Source: Octopus sinensis (taxonomy: Eukaryota). From it: 64,000 nt of DNA. The position numbers and the translations under genes were made by a program. The DNA is taken from assembly GCF_006345805.1 (NCBI RefSeq), contig NC_043006.1, forward strand, positions 44,392,001-44,456,000, given 5' to 3'. Of the stretch, positions 35,560-48,619 are shown in pieces (positions within the stretch are counted from its first letter, which is position 1; every line of letters begins with the position of its first letter). A model generated the notes under the pieces. That model made no database searches. It was not told where the DNA came from and saw only the letters and a list, made by a program, of their open reading frames with translations.

Positions 35560-36846
35560 CACACTGTTTTCTTTAGAAATATATGTCAACTATCATGGCG
35601 TCGTAGGTATTAGTTGTGATTTTTAAGGCTTCAATTTATGATGCAACCATACTAATTACATCTTAGATAAATTGAAGTCGGAAGACAAATGATGAAAGCC
35701 AAGCAGATTATCTCTACAGTATCTCAACAAACCATTAATAATTAGTTTTAATCCTGCTTTGAAATTGTCTAAGGCGAACCACGTGTAGGCTAAATGTAAA
35801 CAAGGTTTATACAGCCGAAGTTTTACACCTAGCTGTCCTTCGAAGCCCATGCGTTGTAGGAAAGGGGAAAAGGATGTAGAAGAGTTGAGGAGTGAGGTGC
35901 CAAAATATATACATAAACAAATCTTCTTCAAAAATTTGAAATTTTTATGGAAAAAAAAAAAAAAAACACAAATCAAAACCGCGAGGTTCATAATTTCCAC
36001 TTAAGGAACACAGGAAGTAAAGTGCCGTTTATGTGGTGATGGGACTACTAGGTACAGTTTTCCAAGACTACGCCCTACATGTATGTGAAAGCCAAACTAA
36101 TTTCTCAAACATGTATGCAACACGTGTGCATATATTTGCATGTGTAAGGCTATTGAAAATTAAATTAGCCAATTGTTTTCGCGCGTACAAAAATATGTAA
36201 TATTGAAAAAAAAAAAACTCTAAATGCTCTAGAGTTGCTTGTTACGGTTATGTTGATGAAATTTCACTGTCCAAGTTATAGTTAATCACCCCCATATAAC
36301 CCTTTATAACATTTGTTTTGGGGAATTTTCAGAAAATTTTTTGCGAATTTGTCTTCTACACACCTGTATACATAGGACTGTGTCAAGTGTGTGTGATTTT
36401 AAATCACACACGCTTGACATATTCCTATGTCAGTTAGCTGTTTTGGCACATCTTACGACCACCTGATACCTTCCTCGTTTCTTTGTCACTGACATGTTTT
36501 GATATTTTTCACTATTTTCACCCCATAAACACGTTTAATGAAATAAAAAATAAACTTTAAGAACAGTTATGTACTTTGCTTAAAACAGGATGCCGCCATT
36601 AATACTCTGTCAGCATTTCTAAATACCCGCCTTTTTTTATAAAGCGTTCCTTATCATGACCGTCCCACCTTTTTGGTAAATTTTAATGCTCCACTCCCTC
36701 ACTCGAGACTTAGTTTCGTCGTAACTTTTTAGATAATGCATACAAATTAAAGGAATCACTCGCCTTTTTCCCCGTTTGGAACAGTTTCCTGTTTCGGAGC
36801 TTAGGTTGTAGGCGTTTGTTTATTATGTATATTATATAAATATTTA

Positions 36847-37095
36847 TGGTACTACTTAAGAAGAGTGGTCCAGGTGCGCGCACTCGCGTACTCACGCATC
36901 CGCACTTGCTAGTCGTGACTAGTCGACCCTACGACTACCTAGCAAAGTAAATAAAACACAAAAACACAAAGTAAATAATTTTTTAAAACAAAGTAAATAA
37001 AATACAAAAACACAAAGTAAGGATCGACTAGTCACAACTAGCTAGCGCGAGTACGCGAGTGCGCGCACCGGGACCAATCTTCTTAAGTAGTACCA
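36847..37095. mobile_element. MITE with ~80-bp CpG-rich terminal inverted repeats
   Basis: TGGTACTACTTAAGAAGA..GGTGCGCGCACTCGCGTACTC versus GAGTACGCGAGTGCGCGCACC..TCTTCTTAAGTAGTACCA. Confidence 0.75.
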
Positions 37096-37589
37096 ATATT
37101 TATATATCTATATATACACACACATCTACACATGTGCTTTGTTTAGTTCCTGAATATACTCTGCTGTGCTCTATAAAATACTTAACTCTAAAGACAAAAC
37201 TCATTCATAGTGGGAAGTGCAGTGAGCAGTAGAGAGGCTTAAGTGGGACAGGAACAAGCATCTTGCTGCTATAGAGGAGATAATATGGCTACTCCATGAA
37301 GAAAGGGTGGTAGAAAAGAGGCTTGAGAGCTTACCTTCAAGGTTCAAGAAGGTGGATGGAGGAGTAGTATTTAACAAAATTACAACAAATCTAACTCTTG
37401 ATGACCAGTTATTTCCTGCTACTATCTTTTATTTTATACTTGTTCCAGTCAGAGAAGGGGCTACTCAAAAAAATTGATCCTATAACTTTTTTTTGCCAAA
37501 CTGCTAAGTTATGGGGACGTAACAAACCAACACAGGTCATTAAACAATGGTAGGGAACAAACATATAAGTGTGTGTGTATATATATAAA

Positions 37590-38640
37590 TAAAGGTCATC
37601 CCATAAATTCTGTCCAAATTTTGAATAAAGAAAACAAGTGATCAGATGTTATATTTGATTGAAATTTAATCATCAATGTACTTTCCCTGATTATCTATGA
37701 CTTCCTTCCATCTATTTACAAGCTTTTTAATCCCATCAATGTAAAACTCTTTTGGTTTCAAAGTGAAGAACTCCTACGAAACAAATGGTAGTCTGAAGAA
37801 GCAAGGCTGGGAGAAAGGTGGATGAAGAATTTTTTCTTAACCAAGCTCTTTGATCTTCCGTGATGTGTTCTTTGCAGTGTGGGGTCGCGCATTGTCCTGA
37901 TGAAACACCACTCCTTTTCAATTCACTAAAGCGGGTCTTTTTTTTTCGAAGCTTGGTTCAAATGCTCTGATTGCTGACAGTAGATTTGAGCATTGATTGT
38001 TGCATTAGGTGGTAACAATTCAAAGTGGATTATTCCTTTGTAATCCCACCAGATAGAGAGAAGAACCTTTTTCCCATGAAGTTCCCTTCTTGGTTGTGGT
38101 TGAGTTTTTTCCCTTTTACCAAGCCATTGTTTGCGACATTTAACATTTCAATAGAAGTTCCATTTTTCATCACCAGTCACAAGTCTATCCAAAAAGGATG
38201 AAGTGAGTTCACGAGAATGGAGAGAAGAACAGATGTCAACTTGGGATTTGCGGTTGCTTTCGGACAATTCATCAGGCACCCATTTTCCAAGTTGTTAAAG
38301 ATGACGATGAACAGTTGTATGGTTTGAACTGAGCTTTATTGCCAATTCTTCAACTGATAATGCAGGATTTTCTTCAAGTAATGCCTCAAGGAGCTTATCC
38401 GCAAACTCAACTGGACGTCTTGTTCGATCTTCATCTTCAAGGCTGAAATCTCCACTTCTGTATTTTGCAAACCATCTTCTACTAGTTCTTTCATTCAAGC
38501 ATTCTTTCCCATAAACTGAGTGTATGTTTCAAGTCACTTCACCTGCAGAGTTTCCTTATTTTTTACCCATAAAGCATTATGTGTCTCAAATACTCTTTGG
38601 ATACTTCCATGTTAGAAAGGGTTTTAATCAAAGAAATTTT
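37590..38640 (-). mobile_element. Decayed mariner (Mos1-like) transposon
   Basis: ERTSRRWFAKYRSGDFSLEDEDRTRRP..LEENP..SVEELA..LSSNHTTVHRHL, followed by degenerate WVP and VTGDEKW motifs. Confidence 0.8.
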
Positions 38641-39130
38641 GATTCCATTGTCTGTTTTAGCATGGTTTCTATGACTGGATGTCCTTCCTATCGCTAACCA
38701 CTCTTTAGTGTACTGGATGCTTCTTAATGTGGCACCAGCACCACTGGGGTTGCCATATTGATTATATCAGTAATATGTAACAGAAGAATAATAATCTACA
38801 TACATATGAAATCCTTTGTCTTTATTCCCAGTGCATTCTCAAACAGTTCATCCAAATCAAATCAAATTTTACATGGTAATACTATGAGACCCCGTGAGTG
38901 TCAACATGTAATTTTTTTGGAATAAAACAAAGCAACATTGGCATATAAAATATGATTATGATGATGACATTACTTCTTTCGTAGGTTTTTTAAAAATATA
39001 TTTATTATAATAATGATAATTTAAGTTATTCTGTTATTCCATGAAATACATTTTTGCATTATTTCTTAATTATCATTTTAAAAAGATTGACATGTCACTT
39101 TTGTTTTTTTTTTCTCTTGTCTAGAACAAA

Positions 39131-39199
39131 ATGGAGAATTTTGCACGAGGTGGTCGGGGTGCCACCTTGCTACAAGCCCTAAAAAAGAAGCAAGAAATG
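39131..39199 (+). CDS. PIWIL2: PIWI-like protein (PIWIL2/Ago3 type), coding exon 1
   Basis: tctag|aacaaaATG; MENFARGGRGATLLQALKKKQEM|gtaagt; RG motif; phase 0. Confidence 0.75.
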
Positions 39200-39889
39200 G
39201 TAAGTATCTTTTATCCTTTGTTTTAGTCATTGGACAGCTGCCATGCTGGGGCATCACCTTGAATGATTTTTGTTGAACAAATCAACCCCAGTACTTTTTT
39301 TTTTTATAAATCTGATACTCATTCTATAGGTATCTTTTACTGAACTGCTAAGTTATGGGGTACATAAACAAACCAACAATGCGAAGCGCATTGTGACCAG
39401 CGATATGTAGCAACATCTGATAGCCTGGTCGATTACGTGATGTATGTATATGTAATGGGCTTTCACACAATTTCTGTCTACCAAATTCTTTTCTATTCGA
39501 GGCACAAGGCCTGAAATTTTGGGGCTGAGGAGCCAGTAGATTAGATAGACTCCAGTACGCAACTGGTACTTAATTTATCGACCCTGAAAGGATGAAAGGC
39601 GACCATGGCAGAATTTTAACTCAGTATATAAAGACAGACGGAATAACACTAAGCATTTCGCCTGGTGTTCTAACGTTTGTGCCAGCTCGCCACCTTATCT
39701 GTTTACCAAATTTATTCATTGATTAGTAGAAGACTAATGTCCCAATGCATTGCTCAAGGTGCAATGCATTGGGACTGAACCTGAAACCACGTGATTGCAA
39801 AGCTAACTTCTTAACTACACATGGCTGAACTAAAGTGATGAATTTAAAATACATTTTGTACATTGATAAAACTGATTAGCATAAGACTC

Positions 39890-41180
39890 TCGACACCATC
39901 ATGGTGTTCCCTGAAATTGAAAAATAGTTGACAGAATATCTGCCAACTATTAAGTTTATTGCCAGGGGTGTCAAATATGCAACAGTGTGGTTGCTATTTG
40001 ACACCCTTGAGGAGGCTCGCAGTATCGCGAGTCAGCTCTTAGAAGGGCAAAAGATTCTGTTTCTTCCCACATATTGTGGGAAGAAATTAACAAGAGCTTG
40101 GGTCTGTGGGCTACCACCAGGGTCTGGGTGGCAGTGGAGCCAAGCGCCTAAATGTTAAAATTCTGCATGCAGCTGATTGGGTGGGATCAAAAGTGGTTTT
40201 GACCCTGTGGACCTAATCAGCCAATAATCTGGTTTTCCCCAATTTTTTGAGAATGGCCGGTTCTAGGTATCCGGTGATTCTTGAGGGATGCCCCCTGCCC
40301 CAAGTGTCACCTGTGTCTAAAACCAAGCCACATTAAAAAGAACTGTCCCCAGGATCAAGGTAAGGTCCTGGAGCAGTTAATAATAGTAGCGGACCCTGCT
40401 TTGCCATTGGAGGGAGAGATGGAGGTGGAGACCTCCTCGAAAGAAAAGAAAGAAGGTGGGTAACAATGGTTGCCCACCGAAGGACCCTAAAGCTGCGGGA
40501 CGGGAGGTACCACACCCACCCATAACAAAGGGGAGAAAAAGAAAAGTATAAAGAACGGGACATGGCCAGTGGTTGATGGTACACTGCTGGCATGCCCTAA
40601 AACCTTGGTGGGAAGTGTGCCACCGACAGAGGAAACTGTGGCCCCTCCCAGAGTGACGAGAGATGATTTTGTTTTCTTCTTCCATAAGGGAGGAGCAATA
40701 CAGAGCTTCTTAAGGAAGCTAGAGAGTTGGAGGGAGGATCCCACGCCCTGGACTAAAGACCTGGATTGGCCTTTGCAAGTCACTATGGAGGTCATATCGG
40801 AAGTTGATATATTCAGGGTGTTGAACTCCTTCCCGAAGGACCAGTTTAGGAGCTGGAGCATTGCCTGTGGGAGGCATACAGCATGGTCGGGGAGGAAGGA
40901 TAAAGAGGCTTTAGTGCCTAAATGTTTATTGTTTGTAAGAGGCTCAGCGCCTCAATTTGTAATGGACTATTAAGTCCAGTAACTGTAGAACTGAAGTAAG
41001 AGGTTTAATATCTCGTTTTGTTTTTTGTTTTGAAAGAAAAACAATGTTTTAGAGATGCAGAAGATCAGTAGGTGTCTTTTGCCTTCTCTCATTCATACCA
41101 TCCTTTTCATCACTCATTTGATTAATGTTTTTTGTCCAACCCACAAGCTACTCCCTCTGTATGGCCAATGAAATGAAATA
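39890..41180 (+). mobile_element. Decayed LINE (L1/Tx1-like) ORF1 region
   Basis: CCHC zinc knuckle CHLCLKPSHIKKNC (ORF 40281) after an RRM-like LFDTLEEA..RAWVCGLPP segment. Frameshifted, with an A-rich end. Confidence 0.55.
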
Positions 41181-41385
41181 AAGTAGCTTGCTTACCAACC
41201 ATATGGTCCCGAGTTCAGCCCCATTGTGTGGCACCTTGGGCAAGTGTCTTCTACTGTTGCCTTGGGGGCTGACCAAAGCCTTGTGAGTGGTTTTGATAGG
41301 TGGAAACTGAAAGAATCCTGCCGTGTGTGTGTGTGTATATGTATGTATATATATATGTGTGTGTGTGTGTGTATATGTATATATA

Positions 41386-41445
<60 letters not shown>

Positions 41446-41446
41446 C

Positions 41447-41542
41447 GTTATATAATTAGGGTTCAGTAAAATAATTTACGTTATCACACACTGAACTGAG
41501 TGTGGTAAAGTAAATTATTTTACTGAACCCTAATTATATAAC
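41447..41542. repeat. Inverted repeat (33-bp perfect arms plus extension) between (TA)n tracts
   Basis: GTTATATAATTAGGGTTCAGTAAAATAATTTAC..GTAAATTATTTTACTGAACCCTAATTATATAAC. Confidence 0.8.
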
Positions 41543-41642
41543 ATAATATCTTAAATATACCTCAAATGGTCCTCTTACATACTGAGCACTACTTGGTAAA
41601 ATTAATTAATAATTGATTGATTTTACCCTTTTATTATTGATA

Positions 41643-41685
<43 letters not shown>

Positions 41686-41723
41686 TAATATATATATATA
41701 CATATATATATATACACACACAC

Positions 41724-41778
<55 letters not shown>

Positions 41779-42816
41779 TATTTATATGTTTGTGTGTCTG
41801 TGTGGTGTGTTTACGTCTCCATAATTTAGCAGTTTGGCAAAAGAGACCAATAGAATAAGTACTAGGCTTACAAAGAATATGTCCTGGGGTTGATTTGTTC
41901 AACTAAATGTGGTGCTTCCGGCATGGCTGCAGTCAGATGACACATATCCATGTGTCTATATGTAGGATTATATGCCTGTGTATGTATGTATATATATATG
42001 TGTGTGTGTATATGTGTATGTAAATTTCTTGTTTATATCTATGTGAACATTTATGTACATTCATTTGTGTATATCTACATTCTCTCCCACTTTCTCTCTC
42101 TCTTCACAGTTATCTATGCATTCAGATTTTACTCTCCCATTGTATTGGCCTGCTGTTTGTCAAATCTGGCTAGAACCCTTATGTTGGACACTTTTACAAC
42201 CTTCTAAACATCTAAAAAGACTGAATTCTCTCTCTCTCTAGTCCTCACTCCCTCTCCCTCCCTCTCTCTATCTCTAGATTTTGTTTTCTGGCACAATCTG
42301 CCTGACTCCATTTCCTTCTTTCTGTCTGGCCTGTGGTCACTCATGTGTAACATCATGCTAGCATGGATAGGGAACATTAAACTATGATGATGATTCTATG
42401 TATGTTTGGGAGTAGCTTTTTCCCTTCAAATTCTACATTGTGCTGCTGTTTTATATATATTCTTTTTTCTTCTATTTTTTTACTGGTTTCAGTCATTTGA
42501 GGCCATGCTAGGTCACTGCCTTTAGTTGAGCAAATCAACCTCAGGACATATTCTTTGTAGGCTTAGCACTTAGTCTATCGATGCCTTTTTGCTGAACTGC
42601 TAAGTTACAGGGACGTAAACATGCCAACATTGGTTGTCAAACTGTGTGTGTGTGGGGGGCAAACATATATATATATATATATACACAACAGGTTTCTTTC
42701 AGTTACCACCTACCAAATCCACTCAAGGCTATAGTGGAAGACACTTTTCCCAAGGTGCCATGCTGTGGAGCTGAACCCAGGACCATGTAGTTGGTAAGCA
42801 AGCTACTTACCACACA

Positions 42817-42853
<37 letters not shown>

Positions 42854-43859
42854 GATATGCTCCCAAAAGTTGTACTTCATTGTTTATTTGTTCCAGTCAT
42901 TAGACTGGCCATGCTGGGGCACTGCTTTGAAGAATTTTTATTCTGTTGGCTTCTTTTGGCAAACTGCTAAGTTACTGGGATGTAAACACCAACATTGATT
43001 GTTAAGCAATGGTTGGGGGCAAATACAAACACACAGACACACACACATATGACAGGCTTCTTTCAGTTTCTGTCTACAAAATCTACTCACAAGGCTTTGC
43101 TTGGTCTGGGGCTACTGTAGAAGACACTTGCCCAAGGTACCATGCAGAGGAAATGAACGGGGAACCTTGTAGTTAGGAAACAAACTTCAAACCACATAGC
43201 AATGCCCGGGCCCCTTTTGAAGCTCCAATGAAGCTATAAGGTGATACACAAGCACTGGACTATGAGTGCATTGTATCCTATAGCAGAAACAGCTTTAATT
43301 AATTAATTTCTTGTTCCCTTGTCATTTATATAATCTTATCATCATCATCATCGTTTAACGTCCACTTTCCATGCTAGCATGGATTGGATGATTTGACTGA
43401 GGACTGGCGAACCAGATGGCTGCACCAGGCTCCAATCTTTTCTGGCAGAGTTTCTACAGCGGGATGCCCTTCCTAGTGCCAACCACTCCGAGAGTGTAGT
43501 GGGTGCTTTTATGTGCCACCGGCACGAGGGCCAGTCAGGCGGTGCTGGCAATAGCCACGCTCAAATGGTGTTTTTTACGTGCCACCAGCACTGGCAACAA
43601 CCTCACTCGACTGTTTTTTCATGTGCCACCAGCACAAGTGCCAGTAAGGCGACGCTGGTAATGATCATGCTCGAATGGTACTTCTTACGTGCTACCGGCA
43701 CGGAAGCCAGTTATCTGCTCTGGCAACGATCACATTCGGATGGTGCTCTTAGCGCTCCACAAGCACGGATGCCAGTCATTTAATTTGATTTCAATTTCAC
43801 TTGCCTCAACAGGTCTTCGCAAGCAGAGTTTAGCCTCCAATGAAGGAAAGGTACTTATT

Positions 43860-43891
<32 letters not shown>

Positions 43892-44257
43892 CACACCATA
43901 AATATATGGTTGGCTTCTTCCAGTTTCCATCTATCAAACCCACTCACAAGGCCTTGGTCGGGCTGGGGCTATAGTAAAAGTCAGTTGTTGCCATGTGGTT
44001 GGGGAACAAGTCTAACTACACAGCCATGCTTGCATCTGCATACATAATTTGGTCTCGATTTGTAGCAAATGATTCCTCCTCTCCTTTAGTCTGCTTTCCA
44101 TCTTTGCTTTTTCTGTCTTTGTTCTTCCCTTCCATCATATGATTCTCAATATATGTTGCTTCTTTAACTCTCTTTACACCATTATTACCTTTCACCTGAT
44201 GTATTCTCTCTTACAAAAGAATTGTTTCTTGATGTAGTAAATCTTTGCTATTTCCAG

Positions 44258-44342
44258 CAAAAATCTGCTGAATTATCCCGTTTTGGACGTGGCCTTGCCT
44301 TAACACGGGCAATGGAAGCCTGTACAATGAAAGAACAGTCAG
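44258..44342 (+). CDS. PIWIL2: PIWI coding exon 2
   Basis: ttccag|QKSAELSRFGRGLALTRAMEACTMKEQS|gtatgt; 85 nt, phase 0/1. Confidence 0.72.
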
Positions 44343-44556
44343 GTATGTTCAGGCTTTTTCTTAAGTTTTGTATTATTATTATTATTAGGCCAAGTTATGA
44401 TGTATAGAATATAGGTGGTCTTTTCTCTTCATTTTGTTATAATATAAAATTTAAGCATGTATTTTTGTATGAGGGCCAGCCCCTATGAGTTGTGCATAAG
44501 AAATGATGTGCTATATATATATATATATATATAAGTAACACGATATAAAGAAGTGA

Positions 44557-44642
44557 TGCAGTACGACCATTTCAAGTGGCTCCATTTAATTGAACAATGC
44601 AATCATTACATCAATTTAAATGCTGGGCCATCCTCAGCTGCA
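44557..44642 (-). ncRNA. Type I hammerhead with extended stem II, antisense in a PIWI intron
   Basis: Minus strand: TGCAG-CTGAGGA-TGGC..long hairpin..GCCA-ctt-GAAA-TGGTCG-TA-CTGCA. It overlaps an inverted repeat at 44611-44735. Confidence 0.55.
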
Positions 44643-44734
44643 CAAATAAATAAATAGAATTTTAATCAGTTGGATTAAAATTGAAATTCTAATTATTTAT
44701 TTGTGCAGCTGAGGACAGCCCAGCATTTAAATTG

Positions 44735-45092
44735 ACTGCAGCCATGCTGGAGCACTGCCTTTTAGTTGAGCAAATCAACCCCAGGACTTATTCGTTGTTA
44801 TCCTAGTACTTATTTTATCGGTTCTTTTGCCGAACTGCTAAGTTACAGGGGCATAAACACACCACCATTGGTTGTCAAGCGATGTTGGGGGTGCAAACGC
44901 AGACACACAAACATATACACACACATACATGTATGTATACATATATACGACGGGCTTCTTTCAATTTCCATCTACAAAATCCTCTAACAAAGCTTTGGTC
45001 GGCCCTAGGCTATAGTAGAAGACACTTGCCCAAGGTGCCACGCTGTGGGAATAAACCCGGAACCATGTGGTTGGTAAGCAAGCTACTTACCA
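44735..45092 (-). mobile_element. tRNA-derived SINE family A
   Basis: Same modules as 8216-8602. Confidence 0.7.
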
Positions 45093-45598
45093 CATTGACT
45101 TGGTGCTTCAACTTAAGTCCCTAAGTCAACTGAATCTTAATTATATATATTCTTGTTTTATTAATTTGGCTGCAGCCATATTGGAGCACTAACCATGCAA
45201 ATCGACTTGCCCAAGGTACCACGCAGTGGGAATGAACCCGGAAACATGTGGTTGATAAGCAAGCTACTTACCACACAGCCACTCCTGTGTCTAGAGAAAG
45301 AAATCTAGCTGTTTCTTGGAATAAACTCATCTACACCAAAATCTTTCCATGGACCCTCAATTTACTATTTTGCTTGTGTGAACATCAAAAAAAAAGTCTT
45401 ATATGGACCTTGCTTAAGAACCATAGGTTGAGACTGTTGCAGCATGAAAAACAAACTCTTATATCTGTGATGAATGATGTTGCTTTAACTTCAGATGCCA
45501 TCCATGCGGTATAGTAAAACAAGTAGTCACTTAACATTCAATTGAGAGATTTTTGTTGAAACCGTGTTGTTTCCTAACATCGTTTTATGTATTTTCAG

Positions 45599-45683
45599 AT
45601 TCTGAGAGTCCACTTCCAGAACCTCTCTTGCCTACTACTGTGTCCATAGGTCGTGGATTGGCAGCAATGCAGGCTTTGACTAA
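45599..45683 (+). CDS. PIWIL2: PIWI coding exon 3
   Basis: ttcag|(D)SESPLPEPLLPTTVSIGRGLAAMQALT|gtaagt; 85 nt, phase 1/2. Confidence 0.75.
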
Positions 45684-46791
45684 GTAAGTTAAATATTTAT
45701 TTTATGTTTTTTCTAGGAACACTGCTTTAACCCTTTTGCATTTAAACCAGCCATATTTGGCCAAAATGTCCTACTTGTTTTATCTACAAATCAGCCAGAT
45801 GAGGCCTCTCACACCTACTCTACAATGTCATTTGGCACCCATGCATGTGGAGTGCTAAGAACACCATCCGAGCGTGATTTTTGCCAGAGCAGCTGACTGG
45901 CTTCCGTGCTGGTGGCACATAAAAAGCACCATTCAAACGTGATCATTACCAGTGCCATGTTACTGGCATGTGAAAAACATTTGAGTGAGGTTGTTGCCAG
46001 TGTTGCTGCACAGGCTCCTGTGCAGGTGGCATGTAAAAAACACCACTTGAGCATGGCCATTGCCAGTACTGCCTGACTGGCACATAAAAGCACCCACTAC
46101 ACTCTTGGAGTGGGTGGTGCTAGGAAGGGCATCCAGCTGTAGAAACTCTGCCAGATAAGATTGGATCCTGGTGCAGCCATCTGGTTTGCCAGTCCTCAAG
46201 TCAAATTGTCCAACCCATGCTAACTTGGAAAGCGGACATTAAACGATGATGATGGTGATGATGTTTGGCCAAAATGCCCTACTTGTTTTATCTTCAAATC
46301 AGCCAGATCTGGCCTCTCACACCTACCCTACAATGTCATTTTAAAAATAAGCAATCACATTTACTATGGAAAATGCATGTGGTTAATACTTAATAGTAGT
46401 TTGACTTGTATTTTTTTATATTGAAGATTATTTCTTCCTGTTTCCCTAGACCATCAGTATATATGTTGTAGCCAGTATGATACGATAGCAGTTTTAGTAT
46501 GTTAATGTGCATGTTCTGGCTAAGACATTTAGCTGCAGCTGGTGGTGAAGATCCAACTCAGGAGTACAGGAATTTTGGGGAGTATGGATACCTCTTTGTC
46601 ACCCCTTGTGTCTCTGAATGATTGTAGCTATCAGGGCATTAGTTGTCTAGTACTGCTGTATGGTGTAGTATCTTAGAAGATAGTGCTAAAACCCAGTGAT
46701 ATCTTAAATGATAACTATGTGACAGGTGATTTTACTATTAGGATGTCTCAAGTAAGATGATCATCTTTTACTTTTTTTTGTTTCCATTTAG

Positions 46792-46968
46792 TGCTGCCAA
46801 AAAGCAACCCAGTGAAAGAACTTTGGATTCCTCTTTGCCATCAAATGCTCCAGCTGTTGGTAAAAATAACTCGCAAGATCTCTCAAAACAAAGCAGTGTT
46901 TCAGTTGAAGACCTCTATTCTTCAAAGAACGACCATTCTGAATCACATCGAGGCACCAATGGTAAAAA
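46792..46968 (+). CDS. PIWIL2: PIWI coding exon 4
   Basis: ttag|(N)AAKKQPSERTLDSS..HRGTNGK|gtaagt. The GTNG motif precedes the N domain; phase 2/2. Confidence 0.85.
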
Positions 46969-47487
46969 GTAAGTGTTGCAAGTATTTTTCATTCTGATTT
47001 TTTAAAAATAGATATACAGCAAGATACCTGTACCTGCCCCCCCCCCTCCGACTGTACCTTAAATCTCTCAACTTGCATAAAGCCCCCCTCCCCCAATACC
47101 ACCCCACTCCCAGTTGACGGGGTGCTTCTCTTGCAAGTTACCGGTAATCCTGTCGGTGCTGGTGCCCCATAAAAAACACTGGTAATGGTGCCACGTAAAG
47201 AGCACTGGTGATGGGGCAACATAAAAAACACAGGTAATGGTTCCATGTAAAAAGCACTGGTGATGGTGCCACATAAAATGCACCAGTAATGGTGCCATGT
47301 AAAAAGTACTGATGATGGTGCCACATAAAAAACACAGGTAATGGTTCCATGTAAAAAGCACTGGTGATGGTGCCACATAAAATGCACTGGTAATGGTGCC
47401 ATGTAAAAAGTACTGATGATGGTGCCACATAAGATAATGTTGCCACGGAAAAATCACCCAGTACACTCTGTCAAGTGTTTGGCTGTC

Positions 47488-47800
47488 CCAGTGCGTAACT
47501 GGTACTTAATCTATCGACCTTGAAAGGATGAAAGGCAAAGTCGACCTCAGCAGAATTTGAACTCAGAACGTAACGGCAGAAGAAATACTGCACGCCGGGC
47601 GAAATGCTTAGCGGTATTTTCATCTGCCATTACATTCTGAGTTCAAATTCCACCAAGGTTGACTTTGCCTTTCATCCTGTCGAGGTCGATGAATTAAGTA
47701 CCAGTTACTCACTGGGGTCAATGTAATCGACTTAATCCCTTTGTCTGTCCTTGTTTATCCCCTCTATGTATAGCCCCTTGTGGGCAATAAAGAAATAAGT
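47488..47800. mobile_element. Two head-to-head copies of tRNA-derived SINE family C
   Basis: CCCAGTGCGTAACTGGTACTTAAT..GAATTTGAACTCAGAACGTAACGGCAGA and its reverse complement. Single copies lie at ~49472-49665, 59198-59428 and 62021-62244. Confidence 0.7.
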
Positions 47801-48423
47801 TAAGCCAAAACAGACTATGGAACCTGGTGCAGCTCCTGGCCTTGCCACATGCTGTCAAACTGTCCAACCTATGGCAGCATGGGAAATGGACACTTGATGA
47901 TGATGATGATACCACCGCTGCTGACTGTCATGTTACCATAGCACCTTAGCACAGTGGTTGTCCTTGAATCAAGTCATGTCACTCTTCGCAATAATACCTA
48001 TTAATACCTGGCTCCAGCTATAGCTAAGCATTGTGAAATGAAAATGCCTTTTCTTTTAAATTCCATATCCAAACTCATTGAGTATGGATATGGAATTTTC
48101 TATGAAAAAATGTCTTGTCAAGGGATAATATTACCTTACTCAGAAACAGGTGAGGGTTGGTGACTGGAAGGGCATCCAGCTATAAAAAAATTCCCCTTAA
48201 GTTCTGTCTGACCCATGTAAGCATTGAAAACTGGACATTAAAACAATGATGATAATGAAATTCATCATTTCATATCTGCTTGTTTTTACATTTAAGATAT
48301 TACAGGTGATTAATTAAAAGCTAGAGGTGTATTGAATCAACAATGAATTATTGTTTTAAATGTGAATCTTTTACTGTTGTTACAATTGTCTTCTGTTATG
48401 ACATTGATATCATATCTTTACAG

Positions 48424-48619
48424 GATACCACTGTCTGCTAATTATATAAGAATTAAGACTAGAAATGAAGGAGTGTTCCAGTATCATGTGTCATTTAACC
48501 CTGAAATCGACAGCAAAAGTGTTCGCTACAAGATGTTGTATGAACATGTTGATGTAACAGGCAAAACTCGAGCTTTTGATGGCGCAATACTTTACCTTCC
48601 AATTAAGTTACCAAATCAA
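48424..48619 (+). CDS. PIWIL2: PIWI coding exon 5 (N domain)
   Basis: acag|(K)IPLSANYIRIKTRNEGVFQYHVSFNPEIDSKSVRYKMLYEHVDVTGKTRAFDGAILYLPIKLPNQ|gtgagt; resembles the PIWIL2 VYQYHV..AFDGSILYLP segment. Confidence 0.95.

Noticed and set aside
47160-47460. Regular ~30-bp repeats resembling a CRISPR array
   Set aside because: There are no unique spacers or cas genes and the context is eukaryotic. This is an expansion of the internal GGTGCCACGTAAAAAGCAC module of SINE family B.
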